DNA of 64,000 bases from the NCBI GenBank assembly GCA_024228495.1, contig JAAETJ010000576.1, positions 1,658-65,657 of the forward strand, read 5' to 3'. Below, in pieces: positions 18,246-26,955 of the stretch (position 1 is the first letter of the stretch; each line of letters begins with the position of its first letter). Below the pieces are notes generated by a model. It was not told the DNA's origin. It did no database searches and saw only the letters and a program-made list of their open reading frames with translations. The translations under genes were made by a program, and so were the position numbers. Source of the DNA: a bacterium. GTDB taxonomy: Bacteria > Pseudomonadota > Alphaproteobacteria > Rhizobiales > JAKIUO01.

Positions 18246-18776
18246 TCAATCTTGGATGACTAAGTCAGCTACACATCGCAATTTTCTATATTCGATGAAA
18301 TGGTAAAGTCCTTTTACAAGTAGAAGGATGCCAGCAACCATTGCCCCATAGAAAATAGCATACTCGCTACCCCCATCCTTGTATGCTGCCTTAAGGTAGT
18401 CGTCCAGCGTCAAGGCAATACCGGCAAGCAGAATCAAACTTCCTAAAGCTGTTTGGACGATTGCACGTCGCCTTATCGAGGCAAGTTCAGCCTCGCTGGA
18501 AGCCTCCTGTGACTGTTGCACAAAGATATTGATCTGCTTGAACGCCTTTGGCCATGCAGCAAATTTCCAAATATTTTCCCCTGCTGTGATTGCTACGTTA
18601 TGGCCACTCCTGGCAAATCTGATAAGCTCGAACTGCGAGAAGGCCTCTTCTGGTGTGAATGATGCGGCAACCTGGCTATCTGGCATCAAGAGCAGCGCAG
18701 ATTGACCTTCCAACTTTATTTGCCATTTTTCACCGTGATATTCCTTGTCTACCCGCGTCAGCGCAAGTGTAGTCAT
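18246..18776 (-). CDS. Hypothetical membrane protein (soluble N-domain plus 2 predicted TM helices)
   Basis: 176-aa ORF between the two IS wrecks. Hydrophobic segments ALGSLILLAGIALTL and AIFYGAMVAGILLLV. I recognise no family. Confidence 0.4.
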   Translation of the reverse strand: MTTLALTRVDKEYHGEKWQIKLEGQSALLLMPDSQVAASFTPEEAFSQFELIRFARSGHNVAITAGENIWKFAAWPKAFKQINIFVQQSQEASSEAELASIRRRAIVQTALGSLILLAGIALTLDDYLKAAYKDGGSEYAIFYGAMVAGILLLVKGLYHFIEYRKLRCVADLVIQD

Positions 18777-18931
18777 AAATCATCCTCGTCTTATTTGAGT
18801 TAAGCACGGCACGCACAAGCTTGTTTTCGATTAAGCTCGAATACTATCAGCAGTTTATCGATACACGATAAATCTCTTAAATCCAACGAAGAATGAAGGG
18901 AGTACTATCACGTCTTAACCACCCTCTTTAA

Positions 18932-19303
18932 CAGCATTACATTCCCAACGAGGATAAATGCCTATCCAAAATTACAATCAACCCAGCGATTTACATTTTT
19001 CTCGACAATGGCCGTTATCACCACGCCAAGGTGGTGAAAAAATGGATAAAATCAACAAATAGTCGCATAAAGCTGATGTTTCTACCGGCCTGCGCGCCAC
19101 ATCTTAATCGGATCGAACGATTATAGGGTGTAATGAATAAATATATCACCCACAACGAATTCTATGAACAATTTAGCGATTTTGCAGATGCCATTCTTGA
19201 ATGTTTGAACAAAACCATATCCGAAAAATGGCGCAACTTTCGTGATCGCGTCATTGATAATTTCCGCGTAAACCTGCACAATAGTTTTCGGGTTTTGAAG
19301 TAG
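18932..19303 (+). mobile_element. IS630-family transposase C-terminal remnant with an in-frame stop
   Basis: Translation gives ...IYIFLDNGRYHHAKVVKKWI...IKLMFLPACAPHLNRIERL*GVMNKYITHNEFY...FRDRVIDNFRV. This is the DDE-motif region (DNxxxH, P.LN.IE..W) with TAG at 19124-19126 in place of Trp. The N-terminal two thirds are missing. Confidence 0.7.
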
Positions 19304-19556
19304 GGTGGGTATATTTCCAGATATGTTGTGATACCGTGTAAAGACGGCCTAACTTATGTCCGGCCTAGACGGGCTTAACAACGGTCAAAGTATGTTGTTT
19401 GGGATGGACTAGGATAATGAATATTGTTCTACCGGTAAGACTAAATCTTATCGTTTCATTCCAAAGGATGAGTTATCATTCTCTATGCTATCAATAGTAA
19501 TTTCACACTATAACTATTGAATAGTATGAAGAGTTGGAATAATTAAGGAGAAAAGC

Positions 19557-20234
19557 GTGAATTTAAAATCTGTTGGAGGGTTCATGCAGCCAATTGGATT
19601 TTCGCAGATGGGAAAGTTTACTGTAACTGTTCTTTTTTCCGTTCTGTTGGCAGGGGCTACATTCAGTTTCGTTTCAATGGCTGTAGCCGATAAAACGCTG
19701 CCAAACCCTTTCGCCAACAAGAAAATGTTGACGCGCCTTGCTTCCGGCCAGGTGCGCAATTTTAAATATCCAGATAAACCTCTACCACCACTCGTCGTTA
19801 GTTTTTTTGACGAGATGGGGAATAAACACAAGCTGGCAGAATGGCGCGGCAAAACGGTGCTAGTGAATTTCTGGGCGCCGTGGTGTGAAAGCTGCAAGCG
19901 CGAGTTGCCGTCACTTAATAGATTGCGACATCGTTTCAAAAAACAGGAATTTGATATTGTCATTATCAATATCGAAGAAAATGTCAAAAAAAACAGAGCC
20001 TATCTCGACAAGCTGAAAATAAAGAATATTTCCTCCATGCTGGACAAGGATAACGCTGCTCTCAAGACATTCAGCGCAATTGGTATTCCAACGAGCATTT
20101 TGGTTGATTGCCATGGCCGCGAACTTGGCCGGCTGAAGGGGAGCGCGGTCTGGGATTCAGATTCCGCCATTCTGTTGACCAAAGGTATGATGCGTGCAGC
20201 GGGCTGTTATGATGAAGAGCGCGAGATATTATGA
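19557..20234 (+). CDS. TlpA/ResA-family periplasmic thiol:disulfide oxidoreductase
   Basis: 225 aa with a GTG start 7 nt after AAGGAG. N-terminal membrane anchor/signal and thioredoxin motif FWAPWCESCKRELP. Confidence 0.8.
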   Translation: MNLKSVGGFMQPIGFSQMGKFTVTVLFSVLLAGATFSFVSMAVADKTLPNPFANKKMLTRLASGQVRNFKYPDKPLPPLVVSFFDEMGNKHKLAEWRGKTVLVNFWAPWCESCKRELPSLNRLRHRFKKQEFDIVIINIEENVKKNRAYLDKLKIKNISSMLDKDNAALKTFSAIGIPTSILVDCHGRELGRLKGSAVWDSDSAILLTKGMMRAAGCYDEEREIL

Positions 20235-20995
20235 GTGACGATCTGTCCAGGAGTTTTGGTTGCAAAGAGGTTTCTGTTGAAGAACGCCGCAGGCGGATAC
20301 GCCTTGTTTTTGACAATGTCGCTCGTCGCTATGACCTGATGAACGACTTTATGAGTTTTGGCGTCCATCGGTTGTGGAAGAAATCGCTTGTACGGCTGAC
20401 GCAGCGCTATCCGGGAGACCAGATTGTTGATCTTGCCGGGGGAACGGGTGATATTGCACGGCTTCTTGCAAAGAAGCGTGCGAGTCGTACCACGGTTGTG
20501 GATGCCAGCCTGGAGATGATGCTTGTCGGCCGGAAGAGCACAGACCATCTGATTGATTGGGTGTGCGCGGAAGGGGAAGCCCTGCCGATTGGTAGCAACA
20601 GTCTTGATCTCGTAACAGTGTCTTTTGGATTGCGGAATATGACATCTCCGACGAAAGCCCTTGTTGAAGTGTTACGTTGCCTCAAACCGAGCGGTGGATT
20701 TGTCTGCCTGGAGTTTTCTCGTCCGCAGTCCTGGTTCCGACCTTTCTATGATCTCTATTCCTTTATTGTCATACCTCGTCTGGGTTCCATGATCGCTGGA
20801 GAGCCACGCGCCTACCAATATTTGATCGAGAGTATTCGCCGTTTTCCAGAACAACGGGATCTCGAAAGATTAATGACCAACGCCGGTTTTGAGAATGTAG
20901 GATATCGTAATTTAATGTTTGGCGTGGCCTGTTTGCATTGGGGAGAAAAAGGTATGGAGCAAGAAGAGAGTGCAAGAAGTGAGATGCTTAATTGA
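20231..20995 (+). CDS. ubiE: Demethylmenaquinone/ubiquinone C-methyltransferase (UbiE/MenG family)
   Basis: 254 aa. FDNVARRYDLMNDFMSFGVHRLWK and SAM motif VDLAGGTGD. 4-nt overlaps with both tlpA-like and menA. Confidence 0.85.
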   Translation: MSDDLSRSFGCKEVSVEERRRRIRLVFDNVARRYDLMNDFMSFGVHRLWKKSLVRLTQRYPGDQIVDLAGGTGDIARLLAKKRASRTTVVDASLEMMLVGRKSTDHLIDWVCAEGEALPIGSNSLDLVTVSFGLRNMTSPTKALVEVLRCLKPSGGFVCLEFSRPQSWFRPFYDLYSFIVIPRLGSMIAGEPRAYQYLIESIRRFPEQRDLERLMTNAGFENVGYRNLMFGVACLHWGEKGMEQEESARSEMLN

Positions 20996-21984
20996 TGTCA
21001 TTTGTACTATTACGCACTGACCTGAAACTCTGGTTTATGGCCATTCGACCTTTAACACTTCCGTTGTCGGCTACTCCAGTACTCGTTGGAACCACGCTGG
21101 CTATCGCGGTTAGTGAAGTGCTCAACTGGTTTGTTTTACTAGCAAGTCTGGTCGCGGCGATCTCGATTCAGGTTGGCACAAATCTGTTAAACGATGCAGA
21201 AGATTATGAACGCGGTAATGACACACCCGAGCGGCGCGGGCCGCCGCGCGTCACAGCAAAAGGCTGGGCATCTTCAGAAGAAGTACACGAGGCTGCCACC
21301 ATTGCATTTTTCATCGCAGCTATTGCCGGACTCTATCTCATCAGCATCGGAGGCTGGCCGATTTTTTGGCTTGGGTTGCTTTCTATCATGGCCGGCATTT
21401 CCTATTCGTCAGGGCCGGTTCCAATCTCTCACACCCCGTTGGGAGAGATTTTCGTGTTCTTTTTTTTTGGAATAGTCGCTGTTGCCGGGACTTTCTATTT
21501 GCAAACCGGTTTTGTCTCGTCAGAAGCGCTATTTTCTGGCATGGCGATGGGGAGTTTCGCGGCAGCTGTTCTCTATACCAATAATGCCCGTGACTTGAAG
21601 GAAGACCGCGTGGCCGGCCGGCGGACACTCGCCATGTTCAGCAATGATTATTTTTTTGGTAAACGCGGAGAAGTAAAAGCAAATCGCAGGAATTTGGTCA
21701 GCACAGCGATCTATACGCTGTTTCTACTAGCACCATTCGGTTTTCTGGGAAGGCAGGTTCAACTTCTAGAGACAAATATCAAAACTTTTCAGGAAGTTTC
21801 CGGGCTACAGCCGACCTCTCCTTCAGCTTTTTGGCTGTCGTTATTCTGTCTGCCTGGCGCCTTATATGCCATATACGCTTTTTTTAACGCTGAAACCGGA
21901 GGACAGTATAACCGCCTTCTGGTCATGACGATTGGTTTGCAACTTCTGTTTGCGACTTTGACCTGCATCGGAATACTGATTTAA
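20992..21984 (+). CDS. menA: 1,4-dihydroxy-2-naphthoate polyprenyltransferase (UbiA superfamily, MenA-like)
   Basis: 330 aa polytopic protein. NLLNDAEDYERGND (NxxxD-type prenyl-PP motif) and second motif YTNNARDLKEDRVAGRRTLA. Confidence 0.75.
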   Translation: MMSFVLLRTDLKLWFMAIRPLTLPLSATPVLVGTTLAIAVSEVLNWFVLLASLVAAISIQVGTNLLNDAEDYERGNDTPERRGPPRVTAKGWASSEEVHEAATIAFFIAAIAGLYLISIGGWPIFWLGLLSIMAGISYSSGPVPISHTPLGEIFVFFFFGIVAVAGTFYLQTGFVSSEALFSGMAMGSFAAAVLYTNNARDLKEDRVAGRRTLAMFSNDYFFGKRGEVKANRRNLVSTAIYTLFLLAPFGFLGRQVQLLETNIKTFQEVSGLQPTSPSAFWLSLFCLPGALYAIYAFFNAETGGQYNRLLVMTIGLQLLFATLTCIGILI

Positions 21985-22000
21985 ACAGGATGGACGGGTT

Positions 22001-22897
22001 ATGGAAAGCGCAAATATCGACATATTATTAGTGTTATCCAAACTTCTTTCCAGACTACTTCCTCTGGGTCTGGCTTTTATTATGTTTTCGCTCGGACTAA
22101 CTCTAAGAATAGCGGATTTTGCGCGCGTTTTCGTCAATCCCCGCGGTATTCTTATTGGCCTTTTTCTGCAGATAGTTATATTACCCTTGGCTGCTTTCAG
22201 CTTGCTACAAAGCTGGTCAGTGAGTTCGGTATTGGCTGTCGGCATCATGATTCTCGCCGGGGCTCCCGGCGGCATTACCTCAAATCTGCTTACGCAACTG
22301 GCGCGAGGGGATACCGCTCTTTCCGTTATGCTGACTGCAATTAGCTCACTCGCAGGAATGGTGACCGTCCCGTTTATTGTCGGTTTTTCCATAAGCTATT
22401 TCATGCCGGAAAAACTGGTCACTGATCTGCCGGTCTCTAACTTGATAATCGGTGTGTTTTTGGTCTCTACTTTACCGGTCATGATAGGGCTCACCATAAA
22501 TCAGATCTGGCCTCAAAGGGCCAGGCAAATTTCTCATACTGCCAAACCATTATCGACTGGTATTTTTCTGCTCATTGTTCTGGGCGCTTTTATATCTTCG
22601 TGGCAGGTCATGATGGAGAATATATCGGTTATTGGCCCCTTTATGCTGCTCTTGAATGCTCTTATCATGATAGCGGGGTGGCTGATGGCGCTCGGGGGCG
22701 GCCTTTCCAGGCCGTCAGCGACAGCCATCGCTCTTGAAGGTGGGCTTCAGAACGGCGCGCTCGGAATTTTTGTCGCTCTCACCCTATTGCGGGATGAGAC
22801 CATGATGATCCCTAGCATCACCTATGCCCTCATCATGAATATAACGGCGGCCGTGATGATTTTCTGGCGGTTTAAAAAGGCCTCGCACCGGCTCTAA
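22001..22897 (+). CDS. Bile acid:sodium symporter (BASS/SBF) family transporter
   Basis: 298 aa with about 9-10 TM segments. SBF-like stretches LAFIMFSLGLTL and LAGAPGGITSNLLT. Confidence 0.7.
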   Translation: MESANIDILLVLSKLLSRLLPLGLAFIMFSLGLTLRIADFARVFVNPRGILIGLFLQIVILPLAAFSLLQSWSVSSVLAVGIMILAGAPGGITSNLLTQLARGDTALSVMLTAISSLAGMVTVPFIVGFSISYFMPEKLVTDLPVSNLIIGVFLVSTLPVMIGLTINQIWPQRARQISHTAKPLSTGIFLLIVLGAFISSWQVMMENISVIGPFMLLLNALIMIAGWLMALGGGLSRPSATAIALEGGLQNGALGIFVALTLLRDETMMIPSITYALIMNITAAVMIFWRFKKASHRL

Positions 22898-23790
22898 GGT
22901 AAGTCACCGCGCCGAAATATCAAATAGCCAAGCGTGCCCAGTACTAATCCCAGAAGGGCAGGATAAAATAGCGCCCAAGCGAGATAGCCAGCATATCCAA
23001 GATTGTCTAGGATAATATAAGCCGATGGCCCCAGCATGATTAGCTGGGGATCGAAGATCATCATGGCACCGGCACGAAAAGCTTGCAACGGATTGAGCAG
23101 CGCGATTATCACGACAAGGCCGGTTGGAGCCTGTTCCTGAATCATCAATCCAAGCAGGATCAGGTCAAGGAACAAGAGCAGTAAAAGCCAGATGAAGAAC
23201 GCGGCTCCTTGAGCAATGTCCGTTGCTCTGGTCATCGAAGAGATTAAAAAGCCGATACCAAGGAAACAGATGGCCAGTGAAACAAGCATGCCGGTGTAAA
23301 GTGCAAATTCACGCCATGGCAGATCGGCCCCTTTCAGAACCCCGTAAAGGGAGCCAAGAAGCATTGCTGCGAAAACCGGAATAAATACCACCGCAAAGCG
23401 GCCGATAAAGCGTCCCCAATACCATGCTTTCAGAGAGACTGGCAGGGAGAGCATATATTCAAATACACCCGCTTCACGGTCGCCAGCCAGAGATCGTACA
23501 GTTGTAATCAGAACGAAGATCGGCAAAATGGCCATGGAAAGCTGGATATAGGTCACGAGCATGCGTGATAGGCCCGTAAAACCCATGATACGGCTGTCAG
23601 CAAGACCAAATATAAACAGTGAAGTAATGATGCCGCCAAACACCAGAGAATAGAGCAGGAACCATTTGGCGCGCAGGGATTCGGCAACATCCAGACGTGC
23701 AGTTAGCAACAGGTCATTGGCGGAGAGCCCGGTTTCATCTGCTTGACGCTGTGAACCTTTAAAATCTAATCGCATCGTATTCATGTCCAA
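22894..23790 (-). CDS. nosY: ABC-2 type permease NosY
   Basis: 298 aa polytopic membrane protein at the end of the nosD-G-H-F-L-Y string. Confidence 0.75.
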   Translation of the reverse strand: MDMNTMRLDFKGSQRQADETGLSANDLLLTARLDVAESLRAKWFLLYSLVFGGIITSLFIFGLADSRIMGFTGLSRMLVTYIQLSMAILPIFVLITTVRSLAGDREAGVFEYMLSLPVSLKAWYWGRFIGRFAVVFIPVFAAMLLGSLYGVLKGADLPWREFALYTGMLVSLAICFLGIGFLISSMTRATDIAQGAAFFIWLLLLLFLDLILLGLMIQEQAPTGLVVIIALLNPLQAFRAGAMMIFDPQLIMLGPSAYIILDNLGYAGYLAWALFYPALLGLVLGTLGYLIFRRGDLP

Positions 23791-23817
23791 AAACTCGTTC
23801 TATTGATCGTTAAAGCC

Positions 23818-24291
23818 CTAGGAGGACCGCTGTTCGGCTGGAAGGCAGTGATAGGTCGATCCGCGTTGTCTTACTTTTTTTACCATTTCTTCAAAACTGA
23901 CCGAACCCTTGCGATTGTCTTCGACTGCCCCAAATCCATAATTCATCGGGGTTGTTTGGTTGGGCATGTAGCGCACTTTGCGGGCGTCAAGCCACTTTGA
24001 ACCAGTATCCATATCCATTACCCACAGTTCGACCTTTGGATCATTTTTCCAGGTTTGGACGTCGAGCCAATGGACAAGTTCTCCCATGTCATCAAATTTG
24101 TATGCCTTGTGCTTTGGCCCCCCCCGTAATTGTGCTGCGTAATGTCGATCCGAAATCAACATGCGGCAAACTTCACAGGTATCTCTGTCCCATTTGATTT
24201 CAACAGGACCTGTTTCAGGGTCTCCAAAACAACCCGCTGTCAACAAGGGCAGCGCAATTACAAATACAATTCTGGCCAACAGCTTGTTCAT
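23818..24291 (-). CDS. nosL: Copper-chaperone lipoprotein NosL
   Basis: 157 aa. Lipobox LLTAGC, then DRDTCEVCRMLISDRHYAAQL, typical of NosL. ATGA overlap with the nosF stop. Confidence 0.8.
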   Translation of the reverse strand: MNKLLARIVFVIALPLLTAGCFGDPETGPVEIKWDRDTCEVCRMLISDRHYAAQLRGGPKHKAYKFDDMGELVHWLDVQTWKNDPKVELWVMDMDTGSKWLDARKVRYMPNQTTPMNYGFGAVEDNRKGSVSFEEMVKKVRQRGSTYHCLPAEQRSS

Positions 24292-25163
24292 TGACGTTTC
24301 CCTTTTTGCACTTCCTGGACGGCTTCTATTTGCACTGAGGCTAATACTCCAGCATAGCGGGACAGCGTACCCAGAAAGCGTAGTCGGTCAGGGGCTGCGA
24401 CTTCCCCCTTCCATTGAAGTTCTGTTGCGTCGCTGGTGAAGTTCCATTCCCCGATTGCTTTGGCAAAGGCATCATTGGGGCGGGTTAAAACCAGCGTGGA
24501 TTTCTGCAATGCAGCTCCATCTACCATGTCACTTACACGGTCATCCAGAACAATACGTCCGCGGTCCATCTCTATCACTCTGTTAACGAGGCTTGAAACT
24601 TCCTCAAGTCGATGAGATGAAATGAGGATAGGTCTGTCAATGCGCTCCGACAATAGCTCAAACAGGATTTGCCGGGCCGTCGGATCAAGATTGGCAGTCG
24701 GCTCATCCAGAATAAGGAGTTTTGTTTCACGGCCAAGAGCAATGGCAACAAGTATCTTTTGTTTTTGTCCGCCAGATAGTCTGTTGAATGGCTTGGTCTT
24801 GACCTCGGAATAGTCAAGTCCCATGCGTTCAGTCAGCTCAATCATATGGTCCGGGCTGGCATTGCAAACACCGGCAGAAAAATGAATGAGCTCGAATACT
24901 GGCATTTTCAGAGGCGGTGGAAGTTGTGGTACAAAACCGATATCAGAGAGTACCTTGGTTCGCTCATGGCGCGGCGAAATACCGTCGATTTCAGCAAGCC
25001 CTTCGTGAACATATTGCCCCATGAGACATCTTATCAGTGTGGTTTTCCCAGCCCCGTTGGAGCCAATCAGGGCGACCCGGTCGTCACTGGCGATGTCAAG
25101 CGAGAGGTTGTCGAGGACCGTGTGGGCACGAAAGGTTTTGCTGATGTTAGACAGGCGGATCAT
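24288..25163 (-). CDS. nosF: ABC ATPase NosF
   Basis: ORF 24288..25214. Start moved to the ATG at 25163 (MIRLSNISKTF), which overlaps the nosH stop as ATGA. Walker A GSNGAGKTT, signature LSGGQKQK, Walker B LLILDEPT. Confidence 0.85.
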   Translation of the reverse strand: MIRLSNISKTFRAHTVLDNLSLDIASDDRVALIGSNGAGKTTLIRCLMGQYVHEGLAEIDGISPRHERTKVLSDIGFVPQLPPPLKMPVFELIHFSAGVCNASPDHMIELTERMGLDYSEVKTKPFNRLSGGQKQKILVAIALGRETKLLILDEPTANLDPTARQILFELLSERIDRPILISSHRLEEVSSLVNRVIEMDRGRIVLDDRVSDMVDGAALQKSTLVLTRPNDAFAKAIGEWNFTSDATELQWKGEVAAPDRLRFLGTLSRYAGVLASVQIEAVQEVQKGKRQ

Positions 25164-26137
25164 ATGAGGTCCCCGGTTCCACGGATTTTGAAATTCAATG
25201 CGCCTGTTGGGCAAACCTCAAGACACATTGCACAGCGTGTGCAGTCCGCGCCGATGTCGATTATCTCGTCATGTGCACGGTTTTTCTTTGTCATCTCCAG
25301 TACATGCGGCACCATGCAGACATTGCGGCATTCTCCCTCGTGCAGACAATGATTGAGATCATAGCGAATGACTACCGGTGAGATACTACCAACAAAGCCA
25401 TATGTCAGGCCGATCGGGCAGATATATCGGCACCAGAAGCGTCTTGAATAAAAGATTTCGATGAGCAGCAATACCGCAACCAAAACCAATCCGAACCCGG
25501 CACCATAGATCAATGACCGGCTCAAAATACCAACTGGATTGACGGTTTCAAATACAGTGTAGCCTGTGATGAAGGCGAGGGCTGCAAATACTACCCACAT
25601 GACGGTTCTGGTAGATCGACGCATCGGGTGATCTTTCACGATACCCTTGTCAACGAGCTTGATATGCAGCATTTCAGCAATTTCTGCCAGCAGATGATAG
25701 GGACATACCCAGGAACAAAAGGAACGACCGCCAACGAACCACCAGATCAGGAGCACTGTAACGACGCCAATAACAAGATTGATCAAAATAACTTTGTAGG
25801 CTAGCACCACTTGCAGGGCGGAATTCAAATCGGCCAGATGAAAGCCGACAAAGCGCGATGCAGTTAGCGCTCCCTCGACAAGCTGAACATCAAACCAATA
25901 GGACAATACGAATATCATGTTGACGATGATAATCGAGGCCCAACGCTGGATGCGCCAGCGATAATTTTTGACCTTGTTGCCCAGTTCTTCGTGAATAGAG
26001 GCAATACGGAGTTTACGCTGTTCGGGGGTTTGTTTGAAAGTGTGAATATCCCGGGCAGCCTGAGAGTGGTCGTCCTTACTCCACTTTTGAGGGGCACTAC
26101 CAAGCATGGTGCGTAATTCGTCGATAAAAAACTTCAT
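25160..26137 (-). CDS. nosH: NapH-like membrane-bound iron-sulfur protein NosH (putative quinol dehydrogenase subunit)
   Basis: ORF 25160..26161. Start at 26137 (MKFFIDEL) overlaps the nosG stop as ATGA. About 4 TM segments, CSWVCP and CRYICP motifs, and C-terminal ferredoxin motifs CLHEGECRNVC and CTRCAMCLEVCP. Confidence 0.75.
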   Translation of the reverse strand: MKFFIDELRTMLGSAPQKWSKDDHSQAARDIHTFKQTPEQRKLRIASIHEELGNKVKNYRWRIQRWASIIIVNMIFVLSYWFDVQLVEGALTASRFVGFHLADLNSALQVVLAYKVILINLVIGVVTVLLIWWFVGGRSFCSWVCPYHLLAEIAEMLHIKLVDKGIVKDHPMRRSTRTVMWVVFAALAFITGYTVFETVNPVGILSRSLIYGAGFGLVLVAVLLLIEIFYSRRFWCRYICPIGLTYGFVGSISPVVIRYDLNHCLHEGECRNVCMVPHVLEMTKKNRAHDEIIDIGADCTRCAMCLEVCPTGALNFKIRGTGDLI

Positions 26138-26955
26138 GCCTGCTTTCCTTTCTGGTCCCATTTTTTGCGTTCATCTATGATGATTGCAGCGGGTTCCACC
26201 GGGCAAATCATTTCGCACATACCGCACCCAACGCAGGCTTCATGAACAACGGGTTTACGCCGTTTGTCATCGGGCTTATCGCTCACTGGTTGCAGACTAA
26301 TGGCGTCTTTGATCGGGCATTCGCGTACACACAAATCACACAGTGGGAGATCATATTTATGATCGCTGATTTTGATGGGATTCCATCGATCAACCTTGAC
26401 GTAGCGATGCAGTCCATTGAATTTGGCCCCGCGCGCGATGCCTTTAAATCCTTTGCCCTGGTGAGCCAGGCATAGATCGGGTTTGTCGAGGCGAGCAAGT
26501 CCCATACGAGTCTGCTCTTTTTTGTCGAGGTCATGAGACAAGGCGCCGGTGGGGCAGGCGAGAACACACTGCACCACATCGCAAGAAAAATCACAGGCTT
26601 GTTTGCGGGCGTCAAGATAGGGGACACCAATGCCAAACCCTTCTCTGATATCAGCGAGTTTGATGGCTTCTACCGGGCATACCTGTACGCACTGCCCGCA
26701 TTTAATACATGATGCTAGAAACTCCTGCTCGTCGAGAGCACCGGGGGGGCGCAAGCGGAGTTCTTTGGCGTTCATGATCGGCACATAGCCAAGCAGTGAA
26801 ACGCCAATGGTAGCTCCCCCCGCCAGGAAGGATAGCAAAAGAGCGCGTCGTTCCCGCTCCTTGCGTGTGGGCAATCGATGGCGTGGTGGTTGGTTGGTTA
26901 CGGGTTTGTTCCTGGTGGAATTGTTGTCTGTTGTCGTCATGTCATTTGACCGCAT
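26134..26955 (-). CDS. nosG: NapG-like Tat-exported poly-ferredoxin NosG
   Basis: 273 aa. Tat-like RERRALLLSFLAGGATIG. FeS motifs CIKCGQCVQVCP, CVLACP, CDLCVRECP, CVGCGMCEMICP. An alternative start at 26940 lies 1 nt after the nosD stop. Confidence 0.75.
   Translation of the reverse strand: MRSNDMTTTDNNSTRNKPVTNQPPRHRLPTRKERERRALLLSFLAGGATIGVSLLGYVPIMNAKELRLRPPGALDEQEFLASCIKCGQCVQVCPVEAIKLADIREGFGIGVPYLDARKQACDFSCDVVQCVLACPTGALSHDLDKKEQTRMGLARLDKPDLCLAHQGKGFKGIARGAKFNGLHRYVKVDRWNPIKISDHKYDLPLCDLCVRECPIKDAISLQPVSDKPDDKRRKPVVHEACVGCGMCEMICPVEPAAIIIDERKKWDQKGKQA

Noticed and set aside
19514-19987. 157-aa ORF antisense to the tlpA-like gene
   Set aside because: The sense gene has a strong RBS, a signal anchor and a CxxC thioredoxin motif. 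The antisense product is featureless.
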